From the NCBI GenBank assembly GCA_008632985.1, contig QPGO01000025.1, forward strand, positions 372,001 through 436,000: a DNA stretch of 64,000 nt. Reading direction: 5' to 3'. Below are positions 36,023 to 49,394 of the stretch, piece after piece. The first letter of the stretch is position 1, and the number at the start of each line of letters is the position of its first letter. The stretch is from Psammoneis japonica. Its lineage: Eukaryota. The notes under the pieces are model-generated. The model ran no database searches and was not told the origin of the DNA. It saw only the letters and a program-made list of their open reading frames with translations. The translations under genes and the position numbers were made by a program.

Positions 36023-39000
36023 TGCAGCATGCGACTGTTGTGTGCACACCCATGATTGTACATTGTTTGTGTGTCAATCGCACCACAGTCGTGGATGCGT
36101 GCAAAGGACAGAACGATCACACAGAGTTGATCGGATGTCGAGAATTGCAAATACGATCGATTGACGATGTTGACATCTTGCGTGTCAACAGCAATCGCAC
36201 CCGGACAATCTGTTGTCACGAACACATTCTCCGAAAGGCCTTTTGTCTGTAGAAGCAGTGCAGAAGCTTCAGGCCATTGAGAACTCGTTCGGAGAAACCA
36301 AAAATCACAGAGCAAAATTTAATCTCATAATTTCCACTTTTCGTGCACTGTTCTACTTTCGTTTGCACTCGTTCTTTGAGCACAGTGCATTGTGTGCACA
36401 CACCACAGAAGGTAAAAAGCACGGAAAATGAAAATTTTAACTAATGTGCCTTTGCAAATTCTTCTGTGAACAGGAATGAATCGCGTCAGTTCTGCTGGAA
36501 TCGATTTCCGAGCGGAAGAAGCTCAAGCCGAGCAGTGCCTCAAGATGGAACGCTGTTTTTCGTCCACCAGACAAGAGGATTCGCTCCAATGCGGTCTATT
36601 CCAAGCACCCAAGGATCAAGGGCTCTCAAGCACACCGCATTGTCAAAAAATCTACACCAAGTCATGGTTGCAGAGAATGCAAGTTCTGAGTCAATCAGAT
36701 CCGAGAAATGCGTCTGCCATGCAAGGAGAGACTGTTGGAGAGTTTTTTGAGACCGAGTCGATGATCCTCGAGTCCAAGGAACAAGAGGGAATCGTTGGAA
36801 AGCACCTCAAGCATCTCACAACTCATGTCCTCCGAGGAAATGCACTTCAGAATCAGGGAAATTATTTTCGAGACGACCTGAAGAAACCAGAGCTGCTTGA
36901 CAGCGAGAAAGCCTCTGTTGGACCCAAGAGGTCAACGATGAGAGTCTGTGCGACCCTCAGATGGATTCTAAGTCGAATCTAGCGGGAAACCGAGCGCTGA
37001 TTTATCAGCTGTCACTCGCACCGCAAGGATGGCAGCATCAGCCTACTGTCCAAAATGTTGAACTGCTGGATCATGCCCTTGACGAGCTGATTGAGGTTTG
37101 AGTCGTCTAGAGGTCGGCAAGGACGTCCATGACAAAAAAACATGTCAATTCGGGCTCTGACAGCGCAGTTGATTCCACAATCAAAAAGGTTCCAATTTTG
37201 GTTCCAAAAATGGTCTCCCACATGGCACCACCACAATCCAAAGTGAACAAAAGGTCCAATCTTTGAAAAAAGAATGCCTGCATCACGGATTAAAGCCATT
37301 CCGAAAATGAACTAGCAAAAGAGTGCAAGGGTGACTCTGAAAGAGACCCAAAAATGCGCCGTTCAAATGGCAATCGCACGCGGTCGCGTCGCGACAACGA
37401 AAATGCCGCTCGCAAAAAAAAAAGATGAACGTCATGATTGATCAGGCGGTTCAAAAAATGCTCAAAGCGAGTTCCTTGAACAAAGAAAAAGAGCACAAGG
37501 GCAAAGAATCAGATTCTGATGCCCTCAGTGAAGAAAAATGCCAATTTGATCGGATGATCCAGACTGAATCCGAAGAACAATTTTGGTCCATTCACGAATC
37601 ACATGCTTTGCTGGACATTGGGAAGCCTAGAAAAAAGGCAGAAATAATTCATGCCAGTCCAGGAGTCATCATTTACATGAGTGCTTCCTTGGGAAAGGAG
37701 AGAAAAAAAAAGCATCTGCGTGTTCCTGTCGACAACGGAACATCGTCAACCACAATTTTGCGCAAATTCGTGCGAAAGTTGAGAACACAAGAATCCGCCA
37801 CCAAAAACTTGGGAAACCAAGGGTGAGCTCTTTACGACTGATGGTAAACACCGAATTCAGTTCTCACTGTGCGAAATTTAAGGCATGCTGATGTTCAAAC
37901 AGTGTGTGTTGAAAACACCAAATTTTCTTCAGGTTCAAATGACATGATCATGGGACGCGACTTAATGTCCAGTCCTGCAAGTCATGTTGGACTACGCAAA
38001 TGCAGAAATCTAATGGGAAGAAGCAATTGCCTTATGAAGAATGTTCGTGCACTCTTCGATGCCGATGTTTTCAAGCTGAAAACCGATCACATTGAAAAAT
38101 GTGACGCCGTGAATAGAGTTGACAACGGAACCAATGGTCCTCGACTCACATTGTCACGCCATCGATCTCAATCAAGTGACAACTACGGCGATGCATCTAA
38201 CCCAAATGAACACAACCAACTCAATCTTCTTCTTAAGAGGTTGAAATCGTTTTGAAAAGTTCCTCAGACGAATGCATGGGAAGCATCAGTGGATCTCATC
38301 GTGGAAAATCTGACGCGATTCCACCACGCGTGAGAACCTTCTCCTATCACAGTCTTTGGAGGCGTCCAATCAAAAGGAGTTTGACCCATTATGAAAGATT
38401 GAAGTCTTGAGAATGAAATTGCTCTGAACAAGTCGCTCTGAGACTCATTGTCCAAAGAAAACAGGTCGAGTTCGACCGTGTCCGACACTCAGAAGCTTAG
38501 CACAAGGTTCATACAGGTGGTGTGTCCTTTACCCAATATTCAGGAAATACTGTTGAAGCAAGAACGTTTCACATATGTAATCTATTTGATTCAAACATGG
38601 AATGCCACCATGTCAAATAAAAAAAGCACACGTCGTGCTCACACGAAAATCATGCCGTGGGGAGAAAATGAGCACTGTGGACTTCCAATGAGAATCTATA
38701 GAGCCCCAGATATTTTTATACAACACTTGAGTGAACTCATGACAGGTTTGAAGTTGTCAGAACGACTATATGTGATAGTTTGTGCCTGACAAAAGTAACT
38801 TCAAAATATCACCTGTACAAGCAACAGCTTAGTGCGACATTCAAACGACTAGAACAGTCGCTTAGAAGGTTAACAACAAAAGTCCTTCACTATTTAACTT
38901 GAAATAAACTATCAAGACTTCCATACGTAACGATATGCAATCGATTACAAAGAAAATGGAGGCGATTCAAGCAATCGCAACACGAGAAAAACGTAAAGAA

Positions 39001-40722
39001 CACTACGACATCTCGTTGTCATACGTTACTATTATCGAGACATGTAGTCTCAACGATCTCCTGTACAATACTAGCCAAATTCACCTCAACAAAGGTCAAA
39101 CGGCAAAAGTACAAGTACGGAACGAAAAGTCTCCGAAAATATGGAGCGTATCAAATCAAAAACTATGTTGTTATCATACACGGATTTCAATATTATACGT
39201 TACAACGGAAAAAAGAACTTCTGTCCATAGTGCTGTTTGGCCAACAGATTTATACATGTGCGGATCATAAGACACAACGGACAAAGTCATACGTTGACAA
39301 CTTCAGTCCCGAATTAGAATACAACGAAAGCAAGGCGAACATCGTCGCGATAGACGCGATCAGCCGACTTACTATAGAAAATTGAATCCTACGACAATGT
39401 CCTGCCGTTAAAACGGGATAAAGACATTCCCTCCAAATTGTCGGACGCGACATATCATACGAACACTTTTCGTGGAGGCGAGCGAGATCGAAAAATGCTC
39501 ATGTCACAAGGATAAAATCGCCTTTTTAAAGGACGATTTAGGAAAAAACAGTGACAGATTGGCACACATTATACGCATCCACTTCACACTGGCAAAAGAC
39601 AATCTCACAACACCCGTACGGTTGTATTGTACAATGTACGAGGCAAGACATTAAAACACACATCATGTCGACACACGAGATGTGCCAAAGATCTAGAAAA
39701 AGAAAAGAAAAATGGACATTTGTCCACTTGGTGCACGAAACCAGTGCCTTCGGAATGACAAAATGGCGCCGGCATGTCAGAAAGAAACGTCCAAATGACG
39801 ATTAAAATCCAACTGATAGATGGTTGAAGTGCAAAAAAAAAATCCATGATGGAATTCATGACCATCACAGGATTGATTGTCAAGACGAAATGGTCGCAAC
39901 ATCTTTGACCATCGTTTGTTGTCACTTGTGAAACGTGGCAGTGCAGCAGAGCAATGTGGCACACAAAGTGAGCCCGCCAAACCACATGAAATCCACAAGT
40001 GAGCAAGTGAACGCCACAATTGAGAGCGCACATTAAGTGCTGGGCACGATGCCATGTGCAATCGATGTCAGGAAAAACACTTGCTCCAGGACAATTGGTC
40101 CTTGTGTTCACATCAACAAGAACGTCAATGAGAACACTCGACGTAATGCCACACACACACACGTCAAGTGAGAAACAAACAATGTCACTCTCAAAAGACA
40201 TTCGGAAATTGGAACGGCCCTGTGTTGCCTGTGCAAAACAACAACAGTCATTGCCAATGGCACAATGCAGTGAAAGTGGAGACATCGTTGACACTGTCGA
40301 TGTCCGTCGAATGATCCACTTGCAAATGACTCTAATGTGCAATTAGGGAGGCGAATGCAGCATGCGACTGTTGTGCACATGTTTGTGATCACACATTGTT
40401 TGTGTGTCAATCGTGCCACAGTCGTGGATGTGCACAAAGGACAGAACGATCACACAGAGTTGATCGGATGTCGAGAATTGCAAATACGATCGATTGATGA
40501 TGTTGACATCTTGCGTGTCAATGGCAATCGTATCCGGACAATCTGTTGTCACGAACATGTTCTCCGAAAGGCCTTTTGTCTGTGGAAGCAGTGCAGAAGC
40601 TTTGGGCCATTGAGAACTCGTTCGGAGAAACCAAAAATCACAGAGCAAAATTTAATCTCATAATTTCCACTTTTCGCACACTGTTCTACTTTCGTTTACA
40701 CTCGTTCTTCGAGCACAGTGCA
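36023..40722 (+). mobile_element. Ty3/Gypsy element 4 (family B), internally very degraded or non-autonomous
   Basis: 367-bp LTRs at 36023-36389 and 40356-40722; TSD CTGG (36019-36022 / 40723-40726); PPT AGGGAGGCGAA. Interior still alignable to element 3 gag-pol (aatggcaatcgcacg, gatcatgggacgcgac, VDTVDVRRM). Confidence 0.92.
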
Positions 40723-40928
40723 CTGGCTCATAATTTTCACAACGACAAAGTCGCAACACATCTTTTTCAGCGCCTGTTCCACCCCTGTGGCAGGGGAGAA
40801 CATGGTGATGTCATGGTTACGTGGCAGTTTATATCTTGTTCATTGTGTTTTTGTGCAAATGTCCTCACATTTATTTGTGCATTTGTACACAAATGCCAAT
40901 GGCAGCAGGAAAAATCCTGAACCATGTT

Positions 40929-42866
40929 CTCCCCTAAAACTCCAACCACCAAAAACCGAGGGGTCCGAAGTGCACTTTTGGGAGCTCTTTTTCTCTGCAC
41001 AAAAAACACGCGTTTCGTCGACTCGACCATGACGACCTCCCGTTCTTCGTCCCCCACACCACCTGACGTATCCCCGCCTGCCACATCTGATGCGGCAGTC
41101 CCTCCTGTGTTGGCCGGTGCTGTTGCACCCGCTGTCGTCACCCAAACACAGCCGATTTGCCATCCAGAGGATTTGGGCTTCTGTTCGCCGGATCCTGTGC
41201 CTGAAACACAAACACAGCGCCGTGATTGGTCTGCTCCTGTCATTGCGTCCCCAGAGAAACTGGACTCTCGTTCGTGTCGCCGTGTCATGGAAGGCACTGA
41301 TGAGCCTTCTCTCAAACGGTCTGGGGTGCAGCTCCGAAACCAGGTCAAAAAACAAAAGCAACAAACCGACGTCAAGGTTCAGTGGGCGTGGCAGAGGAGC
41401 ATCTATGACAGGAGGCATGGTGACAACCTTTCTCAGGATGATCATTCCCAAGCAGAACCTTGTCTGTCTGGAGGTGATTGAGACTCACCCAGAGCCCAGC
41501 GGAACCAATCGGAGCCAACAACAAGTGTCAAGATGAACCGCAGCAACATGTGAAGGAGGACGCAGCCAATGGAATGCGGGCAGAGAAGGTGCCGGCATGC
41601 AAAGTGGCAGCATGGCTGTCGACAAGGCACCAGTTTTGAAGGTCTGACAGCGACAAACACAGTGAGCATTTGCCAAAAGCACGTTGCTGCCTGCCTCCAT
41701 TTTAGCAACATGCAAAAACAGCATGTTGCACATCACATGCAGAATTCAAATGGCGAGAGTGGCCTCTTGTGGAACTGCACATGATGACCTGGTCCTGGAA
41801 AATGGAGTGGTGTCCAAGTCACATGCACCATTTGAAACCTTGCCAAGTCACCTGCAAACAAATGCCAATTCGCTGACCTCTCCAACTTGAAACTAAAAAA
41901 CTGTGAAAGCATGCCTGCCATCCAATTGTCGTCAGGTTTCTAATTTACAGAGAGCTGCACAATGTGTCTGTATGTTCCAAAGATTAGACTGCACTTGAGA
42001 GCCAACCAAGAGGCACCATTCATGTCCATTGATGTGTCGTCCATCAGCAGGCCGTGGTTGCGTGGGTTTCCTGGTCCGCCATCATCCGTCATCCATTGTG
42101 TTCCTTCCAAAGCAAAAACAATGACAGTGGCAACAGTGACTGCAGCAGCAAGGGTGGGATTGACAGTGTCGGGCATGCCAGGGGGCCGAAACGCAGGCAT
42201 GGCATTGGAATTCGTGATGGCATCTGTGGGAGGCGGTGGGGCGAGAATGAAAGAAGTGTGAGTTGCAAGCATTTCGTTGTGGACGTCATTGGCAAAAGAC
42301 AACAACAGCATCAACAGCACCTGCGGCAGCAAGGGCAGGAGCAACAGTGTCGGGCATGCTGGGGGGCCGAAACGCAGGTGCGGCGTTGGAATTCGTGACA
42401 GTGTCTGTGGGAGGCGGTGGGGCGAGAATGAAAGAAGTGTGAGTTGTTGGCATTTCATTGTGGACGTTGTTGGCAAAATGCAACAACAGCGTCAACAGCA
42501 CCTGTGGCAGCAAGGGCAGGAGTGACAGTGTCGGGCATGCCAGGGGCCCGAAACGCAGGTGCGGCGTTGGAATTCGTGACAGCATCTGTGGGAGGCGGTG
42601 GAGCGTGCAAACAACAGTGTGAGTTTGTAGCATCTTATTTTGTACGTGTCACACCCACGAGAACCGGAATGATGACATCACCTGTTGCATCAGTGTTGTT
42701 GGCAACGGTGTCAGCAGGATCGGCATCCTGGGAAGGCGATGGGGAAGAACCACGAGGCATCATCATGGTCGAGTCGACGAAACGCGTGTTTTTTGTGCGG
42801 AGAAAAAGAGCTCCCGAAAGTGCGCTTCCGACCCCTCGGTTTTTGGTGGTTAGAGTTTTAGGGGAG
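40929..42866. mobile_element. Putative long-TIR (Mutator/foldback-like) non-autonomous DNA element
   Basis: About 125 bp of strong inverted repeat (40929-41054 vs 42741-42866; ctcccctaaaactccaaccaccaaaaaccgagggg / cccctcggtttttggtggttagagttttaggggag), with weaker similarity on both sides. No TSD resolved. Confidence 0.7.
42146..42603 (+). repeat. 181-bp tandem repeat, ~2.5 copies
   Basis: cagcaaggg...gacagtgtcgggcatgc unit begins at 42146, 42327 and 42508. Confidence 0.9.
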
Positions 42867-43113
42867 CTGTGGAATAGGAATTTTTGCTTGTGGAACACAC
42901 ACATTCGTGTGGATGTTAAAATTAAAACTCAACGCGCACAACCACGCACACACACACAGCTCCCCTGCCACAGGGGTGCGCCTGTTCCTAGTGGGAACAT
43001 GCATGGGGCAGTTTGTTCCCCACGTACGATTTGTGCCGGAGATGCAGTCGTGGCAGTCCAAGCGGTTTTATGTCCAGCACAGCGCAATTGTTTCGCAGAT
43101 TCTATCCTTCACC

Positions 43114-44070
43114 ATGTCGTCTGACTTGTTGCCGCTAGCAGCTGCAGCTCTCAATGATAAAATTTCCTTGGAAGCACATGAAGAGCTCCTTGAATTGAGG
43201 AAGCAACTCAACAGTGCTCGCGCGGTCGAAATCATTTGTGTGCCGCAAGACGAGGACGACCAAGTCCACGTGCATGCGTCTGGTCAATTTCAGGATGGGG
43301 AGCATTCGGAAAACCCAAACTCATGGCAAGTGGACTTGGAAGCGAAAAGCGAAACTCGCTGTCGCCTTGCTGATTTGAGGGACTGTCGGATTTGCGTTGG
43401 TGGTGGGTTCCCTGTCGACAGCTTGGATGACGAGTTGGAAAACCGTGCATGGTGTGAAGGGTTTTTTGATCCTGATGACAGTGATGGCGAATGTTCAAAG
43501 GCTGTGCGTTTTTGCTTTTGTCCAAACTCTTTATGGTTGGGCATGGTGGCACATGGTTGGCCACGAGAGGCGTGGCAACCGGTTGTCGAGAGTGACGACA
43601 TGGATGAAGGGGACACGATTCGCTTTCTAGTCGACGACGTAGCTTCTGAGCACCCTGAGACAACAGTTGAATTTACATGTGTCTGTTTTGTGACCAACAA
43701 AGTCCACCCCGCTCTGAAGCGATTGTTGCCCCCGAGACGTGTTCAAGAAGTTCGGGCCAAGAGAGATGGACGTGATGAATCTGCAGCTGACTTGGTGACG
43801 TTTGTTGCCCAAACTGTGCGAGAGCTTGGTGACCAGAACAGTGTGGCACTCTTCATGCCGCAGCTTGACGAAGTCATCGGTGTGTTGGCTGAATTGGACA
43901 TTCAGGAACGCAATGACAACAACGAACGAATGATCACGTCCCTCATTGACTTGTGTCAACGATGTGGTCGAGAGACGGTCGAATCAACGATTTCTGAGGT
44001 GCGAGCTAGAGTGCATGACGAAGAAACTGCATCAGGAAACGGACGTGGAGAGATGGACAGCTTGGAATGA
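43114..44070 (+). pseudogene. Hypothetical protein gene copy 1 (open 318-aa frame, no tyrosines, probably hypermutated)
   Basis: MSSDLLPLAAAALNDK...VHVHASGQFQDG; paralog at 46128-46950; TpA-depleted. Confidence 0.65.
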
Positions 44071-44559
44071 TCAGACATGTCAGGAAAGAGAGCCTTGTCG
44101 CTCTCATCTTCAGACCTCCTTCCACCGCAAGGCAAAACTAGCCAGTGCATGAAATTGCAAACAATGCATGAATTTCCACAACAAAGTGAAATGTGAATGT
44201 GTCCCTTCAGCTGAAAGTTCCCATTGGCAAGCAACATTGCAGCATGTGGGTCACACTTTGCCCCCGTGCCTTGTCGACACCTGGCATTTGTGAGGGAGGA
44301 AATGCTGCTGCATTTCACCTGCAGTTGCTGAACGTAGCAGCTCACGACAACAACAGCAATGCAATGATGGGCCCTGCCACAAGCGCAAAAGTCGTGTTTG
44401 TGGCTTTTTGAACAGCAACAATGTGGTGGACTGCAACATCATGAACACACTGTGGGCCATCACTTCAACATCAAACAGAACAGAGAACACCTCCCAGCAT
44501 GATCAATGTGGCCATGCAATGCAAACATTTGAACAAAAGACTCTTGCCAATTGATGTGC

Positions 44560-44800
44560 AGAACAGCCAAGCAGCATGCTGCATTCAAAGATTTGCCACA
44601 GCACCCTGGTTCATGAGGTGGTCAGCTGTCTTGTGTGTGTGTGCTTCATGACCATCACAGTGGGAGTGATCCTCATTTCCTTTTTGTTGGCAAGCACTTT
44701 CTTCTGCCCCTGACATTCAATGCACTGAACTCTTTTCAGATGACACTCACCTGGAGAGTTTGTTTGCCACATCCATGACTCCTTTTTGGGTTGACACAGA
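44560..44800 (+). pseudogene. Decayed copy of the DUF2892-like gene
   Basis: tgcttcatgaccatcacagtgggagtgatcct resembles tgcttcatgatcgtagtgggagtgatcct at ~47548; upstream 44080-44480 aligns with 46995-47410. Confidence 0.6.
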
Positions 44801-46127
44801 AGAGAACCAAAGGCATGTCTTGCCTCCAAGCTGAGTTCATCAACCTGCCAAAGAAAAGCCACCATCTCAGGATGACCCAGCGGACAATCTCTCATCAGGC
44901 AAGGCACCCAAGTCCAAACCATTGCCCTTTCAGGTTGACAAAGCAGAGCCTGCCAAACAGCTGCCTCCTTTGGTTGACTTGGCAGACCCCAGCAAAATTG
45001 CAAGTGTGCTGGGTTCCCCCTGAGGCTGAAACATTTTTTCAACCCGATGCCTTGCTTGCAAAGCATGGGAGGGAGCTCGTGCTGTGACAGCCGCTGTGTC
45101 ACCACATGGCGCCAATTCAAGCAAGTGCTTTGTCACCTGTCTCTTGTGGCACTGCAGCACACACAAAGAAGCCCCACAAAAGACTGGCAGCAAGAGTGCA
45201 GAATGGAAAAAACACCAAAACTTTTGAAAGCACACCCGCTCGACAACCGGCCTCCAACGCAGCACAGCTGTGGACAAAGACAAGACTTCAGAGCTGTTGC
45301 TTTGTGGCACTGTGTTGCAAGAAAGGAAAACTTGCGGTGCTGAAACTGTGCGAGACATGGCCTTCTTTTGAGTCCAGCAGAGGGCTGCCCCCCTGGGAGG
45401 ACAAGGAACGACCCTTTGAGACCCGAGGCAAGAAAGTTAAAAAAGCCAGATTGTCCTGCAAAGAAGTGGCAGCAATTGTGCAGTTGCTCAACCAAGCAAG
45501 GGCAAAAGCTGCCCTGCTGTGTTTGTGCTGTGCTCACTTGGGCAGCAGAAAAGACAAAACCCACCAGAGGAAGCTCCCAAGGCAACACAGCTTGCTGCTC
45601 CTGATGGTGTCTGACTGTCTGTCTTTTGTTGGCATTTGACAAAACACAAGGCACAGTGCAACAGGCTGTGCTGCTCTTTGCAGCCTCAAAAAAACTTCCA
45701 CAGCTCTCTGGCCACCCCTTTGCAAAACAGCCATGCTTTCTTCTTTCCAGGTGTCACTGGCTCCAATGTCGTGCACAAGAACTTTGGCAGGGCATGAGTG
45801 GAAGGAGGCACTCGCAAAAATGGCACATGACCTCTCCTCAATGTGCAACACTTTGGGCGCTGGCTTGAACATGAGTTCATTTCCCAGCACTCATGTTGGA
45901 AAGAACACAAAGCAAAAAATGGTCACAATCATTGCCACACTTCACAAGTGACCCGACAAAGACCTCCCTCCACTCTTCATCCAAAAGCAAAATGCAAACC
46001 CAAAACCCAATGGCCCAAATGCAACTGAAAAAGTGACTCCCTCAAAAACCGTGTTCATTTGTGGGAGTGTCATTGCGGCAACTGCAAAGGGATTGCCTTC
46101 TTTCTTACATTCTTTGCAGCTTTTACC

Positions 46128-46950
46128 ATGTCATCTGACTTGTTGCCGCCAGCAGCTGCTGCTCTCAATGATGAAATTGCCTTGGAAGCACAAAAAGAGC
46201 TCTTTGAATTGAGGAGGCAACTCAACAGTGCTCGCGTGGTCGAAGTCATTTGTGCTCCGCAAGATGAGGACAAACAAGTCCACGTGCGTGCATCTGGTCA
46301 ATTTCAGGATAGAAAGTGTTCAATCAACCCACAGTTCTGGCAAGTGGCCTTTGAAGCAAAAATTGAAACACGCTGTTGCCTCACTGATTTGAGGGACTGT
46401 CGAATTTGTGTTGGCGGCGGGCTCCCTTTCGACAGCTTGGGTGACGAGTTGGACAACCTCCGCGCATCTTGTGCAGGGATTTTTGATCCTGGCAATGTTG
46501 ATGGTGATTGTTCAAGGGCTGTGAGCTTCTGCTTTTGTCCAAACACATCATGGTTGGGCATTGCAGTGCATGGTTGGCCACGAGAGGCGTGGTGACCGGT
46601 TGTTGAGTCTGACGATGTGGATCCAGAGGACACGATTCACTTTCTAGTCAAGGACGCAGCTTCTGAGCACCCAGAGACAACAGTTGAATTTAAAAATGTC
46701 TGTTTTTTGGCCAACAAAATCTGTCCCACTCTTGAGAGATTGTTGCCCCCAAGGCGTGCTCAAGAAGTTCGGGCCGAGAGAGATGGACGTGAACCACTGG
46801 AATTTGGCTTGTTTGAAATGGACATTCAGGAACACAGTGATGATGACAATGAATGACAGATCAGGTCCCTCATCAACTTGTGCCATTGATTTGGTTGAGA
46901 GATGATTGAACCAACAATTTCTCAGGCACTGTCAAGAGAGCGTGGCTGAC
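46128..46950 (+). pseudogene. Hypothetical protein gene copy 2 (stop and deletion)
   Basis: Clearly alignable to 43114-44070; TGA at 46593; internal deletion near 46800. Confidence 0.8.
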
Positions 46951-47487
46951 GAAAAAACTGCACCAGGAGATGCGACATTGTGCGCAGTGGACTTGTCAGA
47001 CATTTGAGGAAAAGTGAGCCTCGTTGCTCTTCAAACCTCCTTCCCCAGTGAGGCCAGTGTGCACAAAAATAAATTCACACAACAGAGTGAAAAACGAATG
47101 CATCGCTTCATCTAAAAGCGCCCATTGGCAAGCAACATTGCAGCATGTGGGTCACACTTCGCCCCCGCGCATCGTCGTGCACCTGGCGTTTGCGAGGGAG
47201 GAAATGTGCTGCTGTGCTACAAACTACACTTTGCTGAACGTAGCAGTTCAGGACAACAACTGCAACACACAGTCAGGCCCTGCCACTAATAAAAGGCATT
47301 TCCGCGGCGCATTCCAAATAATGAGAATGCGGCAGGACTGCGCACGGCCCGGTAAATGCCATACGTACGATCGACAGACCGCAGCTTCTTTTGACACTTC
47401 AAACAGAAAAAAGAAAAGAAGTGTTCTCACGATCAAATTGCCACAAAATGCGAACATTAGTGTGCAGAACAGTTGAAGTTGAGCAAC

Positions 47488-47832
47488 ATGCCGGATTCAA
47501 AGAATAATGCTGGTATCCCAGTCTACAAGGTCATCAACCGCCTCGTCTGCTTCATGATCGTAGTGGGAGTGATCCTGACCCACTTTGTTAGCGAGTACTT
47601 TCTTCTATTCCTGCTATTCATTGCGTTGAATTTCTTTCAGTCGACATTCTCCTGGGGAATCTGTCCACCATCCATGGCTCTTGACGCAATTGGGTGGATA
47701 CATGAAGACCCTGAAGAAAGTCCGGCGCCTGTGAAAAAGGTGTACTTTTTCGGAAGAGGCATCCCAGATGCCGCTGCCGTTCCTGAAGAAGAAAAGCCTC
47801 GTGTATGCGCTCCAAATGCCTCCCAAAAGTGA
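47488..47832 (+). CDS. DUF2892/YgaP-like small membrane protein
   Basis: Two TM segments followed by NFFQSTFSWGICP; normal TA and Tyr content. Confidence 0.78.
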   Translation: MPDSKNNAGIPVYKVINRLVCFMIVVGVILTHFVSEYFLLFLLFIALNFFQSTFSWGICPPSMALDAIGWIHEDPEESPAPVKKVYFFGRGIPDAAAVPEEEKPRVCAPNASQK

Positions 47833-48081
47833 AGAGGACCGGCAAACCTCCATATCATTTCGTTTAGAGCATGAAGTAAGGCGTTCAGAAGATCTGTATA
47901 TACATAAGTACACTACCCGCGCTCCCAAGATCCATGACTACGAGGAGCAGCTTCTCGGCGTCGCCCGTTTACGGTTTGCGGTACACGATTGCACCTGCAT
48001 GAATCCCGAAAACCCGAAAGAGGTCGGTAACTCGATTCATATCCTGGATTTACATATAAATATCATTGAAAAAAGCATATA

Positions 48082-49060
48082 TCAGTCCCAAATCCACTTT
48101 GCGCGCCCCAGTTTCTCCTCAGCGTTCTCTTGAAAGCTCTCTTCAGAAACCGGTGCGTCTTCAGCTTCCCTTAATCTGTTGCCTATGTTTATGTCACCTG
48201 TGATGCTGTCTGTATTGGTATTTTGGTTGTTGTCATCACTGCTTCTGTTTCTGAAATCCATGAAGTTGTTGCTTTCGTGGTTACATCTCTTTTCAGCTGG
48301 ACCTCCACACAAGATTCGTTCTTTTATTGTCGACAGTCGTCCGTTCGTGTCATTCACGGCACGTTCGTTGTTGCAGGAGCAGGTATTCTCGTGTATCTGT
48401 TCCCACTTTTGAAACGAGCCGATTGCAACTTGCAAAAGCGCAAGCTTGGTCTTATGGTATGCCAGCCTTGAGCGTATCATTGCTTTCGTTGCGATTCGTG
48501 AATACGGTGTCGCGGGTGGCAAGTGACAAACCTCCTCCTTTTCCTTTTCAACTGCAAGCCTACAGGATCGCCCCAAATGATAATCCCCGAAACGTGGAGT
48601 AAAGGCGCAATCACAAAAGGGTTCACAACGCGCATACCTCCAGTCCCATCGGCATTCTGCATCCGTGTCGGGAATCTACACGTGGTAACAATAAAAGAAA
48701 GTCGCAGTGAGGACGGAAATAACAGGTATTGTAGCCGAAGAGAACGAATCAAAGAAAATGAACTCTTCGACACGTCAGATTCGCACATACCGCCCGCTGT
48801 GTCAAGTATTCTTTGGCTATTTCTCCAAACATATCTAGCAGCGTTCGGTCGTCGTCCTCCATAGCTATGGGCTCTTCCTTTTCTGTTTTAAGCACGTCTT
48901 CCTTTACCGGTATTTCATTGCCTTCCCTAGATTTGGCATTTTCGTCGTTTAATATTGCGTCAGAAGCGCTTGCTATGACAAGCATCATCATGAGAAACCA
49001 TGTCTTCGTCCAGCGCTTTCTTCGTGCTGAGAAGGTGCGTTGCCCGGTCTGTAGATTCAT
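48082..49060 (-). CDS. Hypothetical protein, 2 exons
   Basis: A GT-AG intron at ~48789-48682 joins YLTQRA to IPDTDAECRWDWRYARCEPFCDCAFTPRFGDYHLGRSCR and on into ORF 48082-48576. Confidence 0.7.
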
Positions 49061-49394
49061 TCTTGCTTTGACGCAGTTTTCGATTCCAGTCGACGACCTT
49101 ATCTTACAAAATCAAACAACTGTAAAGTAAGCGACAGAAAGGTAGTCTACAGCATAGAAACAGCAGAGTGCCGAAAGCGAAGCAAAAGACCCCTTAGTCT
49201 GCGGCAGCGCCATCTTTTGAAACGCACCTCCCGCTCCTCTCCTCCATAGACCTTTTTTGGCGGAAGACGTGCAGACGAAAATTGCTGTTTGTGATGGCGC
49301 TAACTTTTTTCTGGATTTTCGACACTCCATCGCACAACGTCGAGGTGCGCTCGTCAAAGCACTTATGTGCTGAGCATCATCTCTGAGCAGACCC

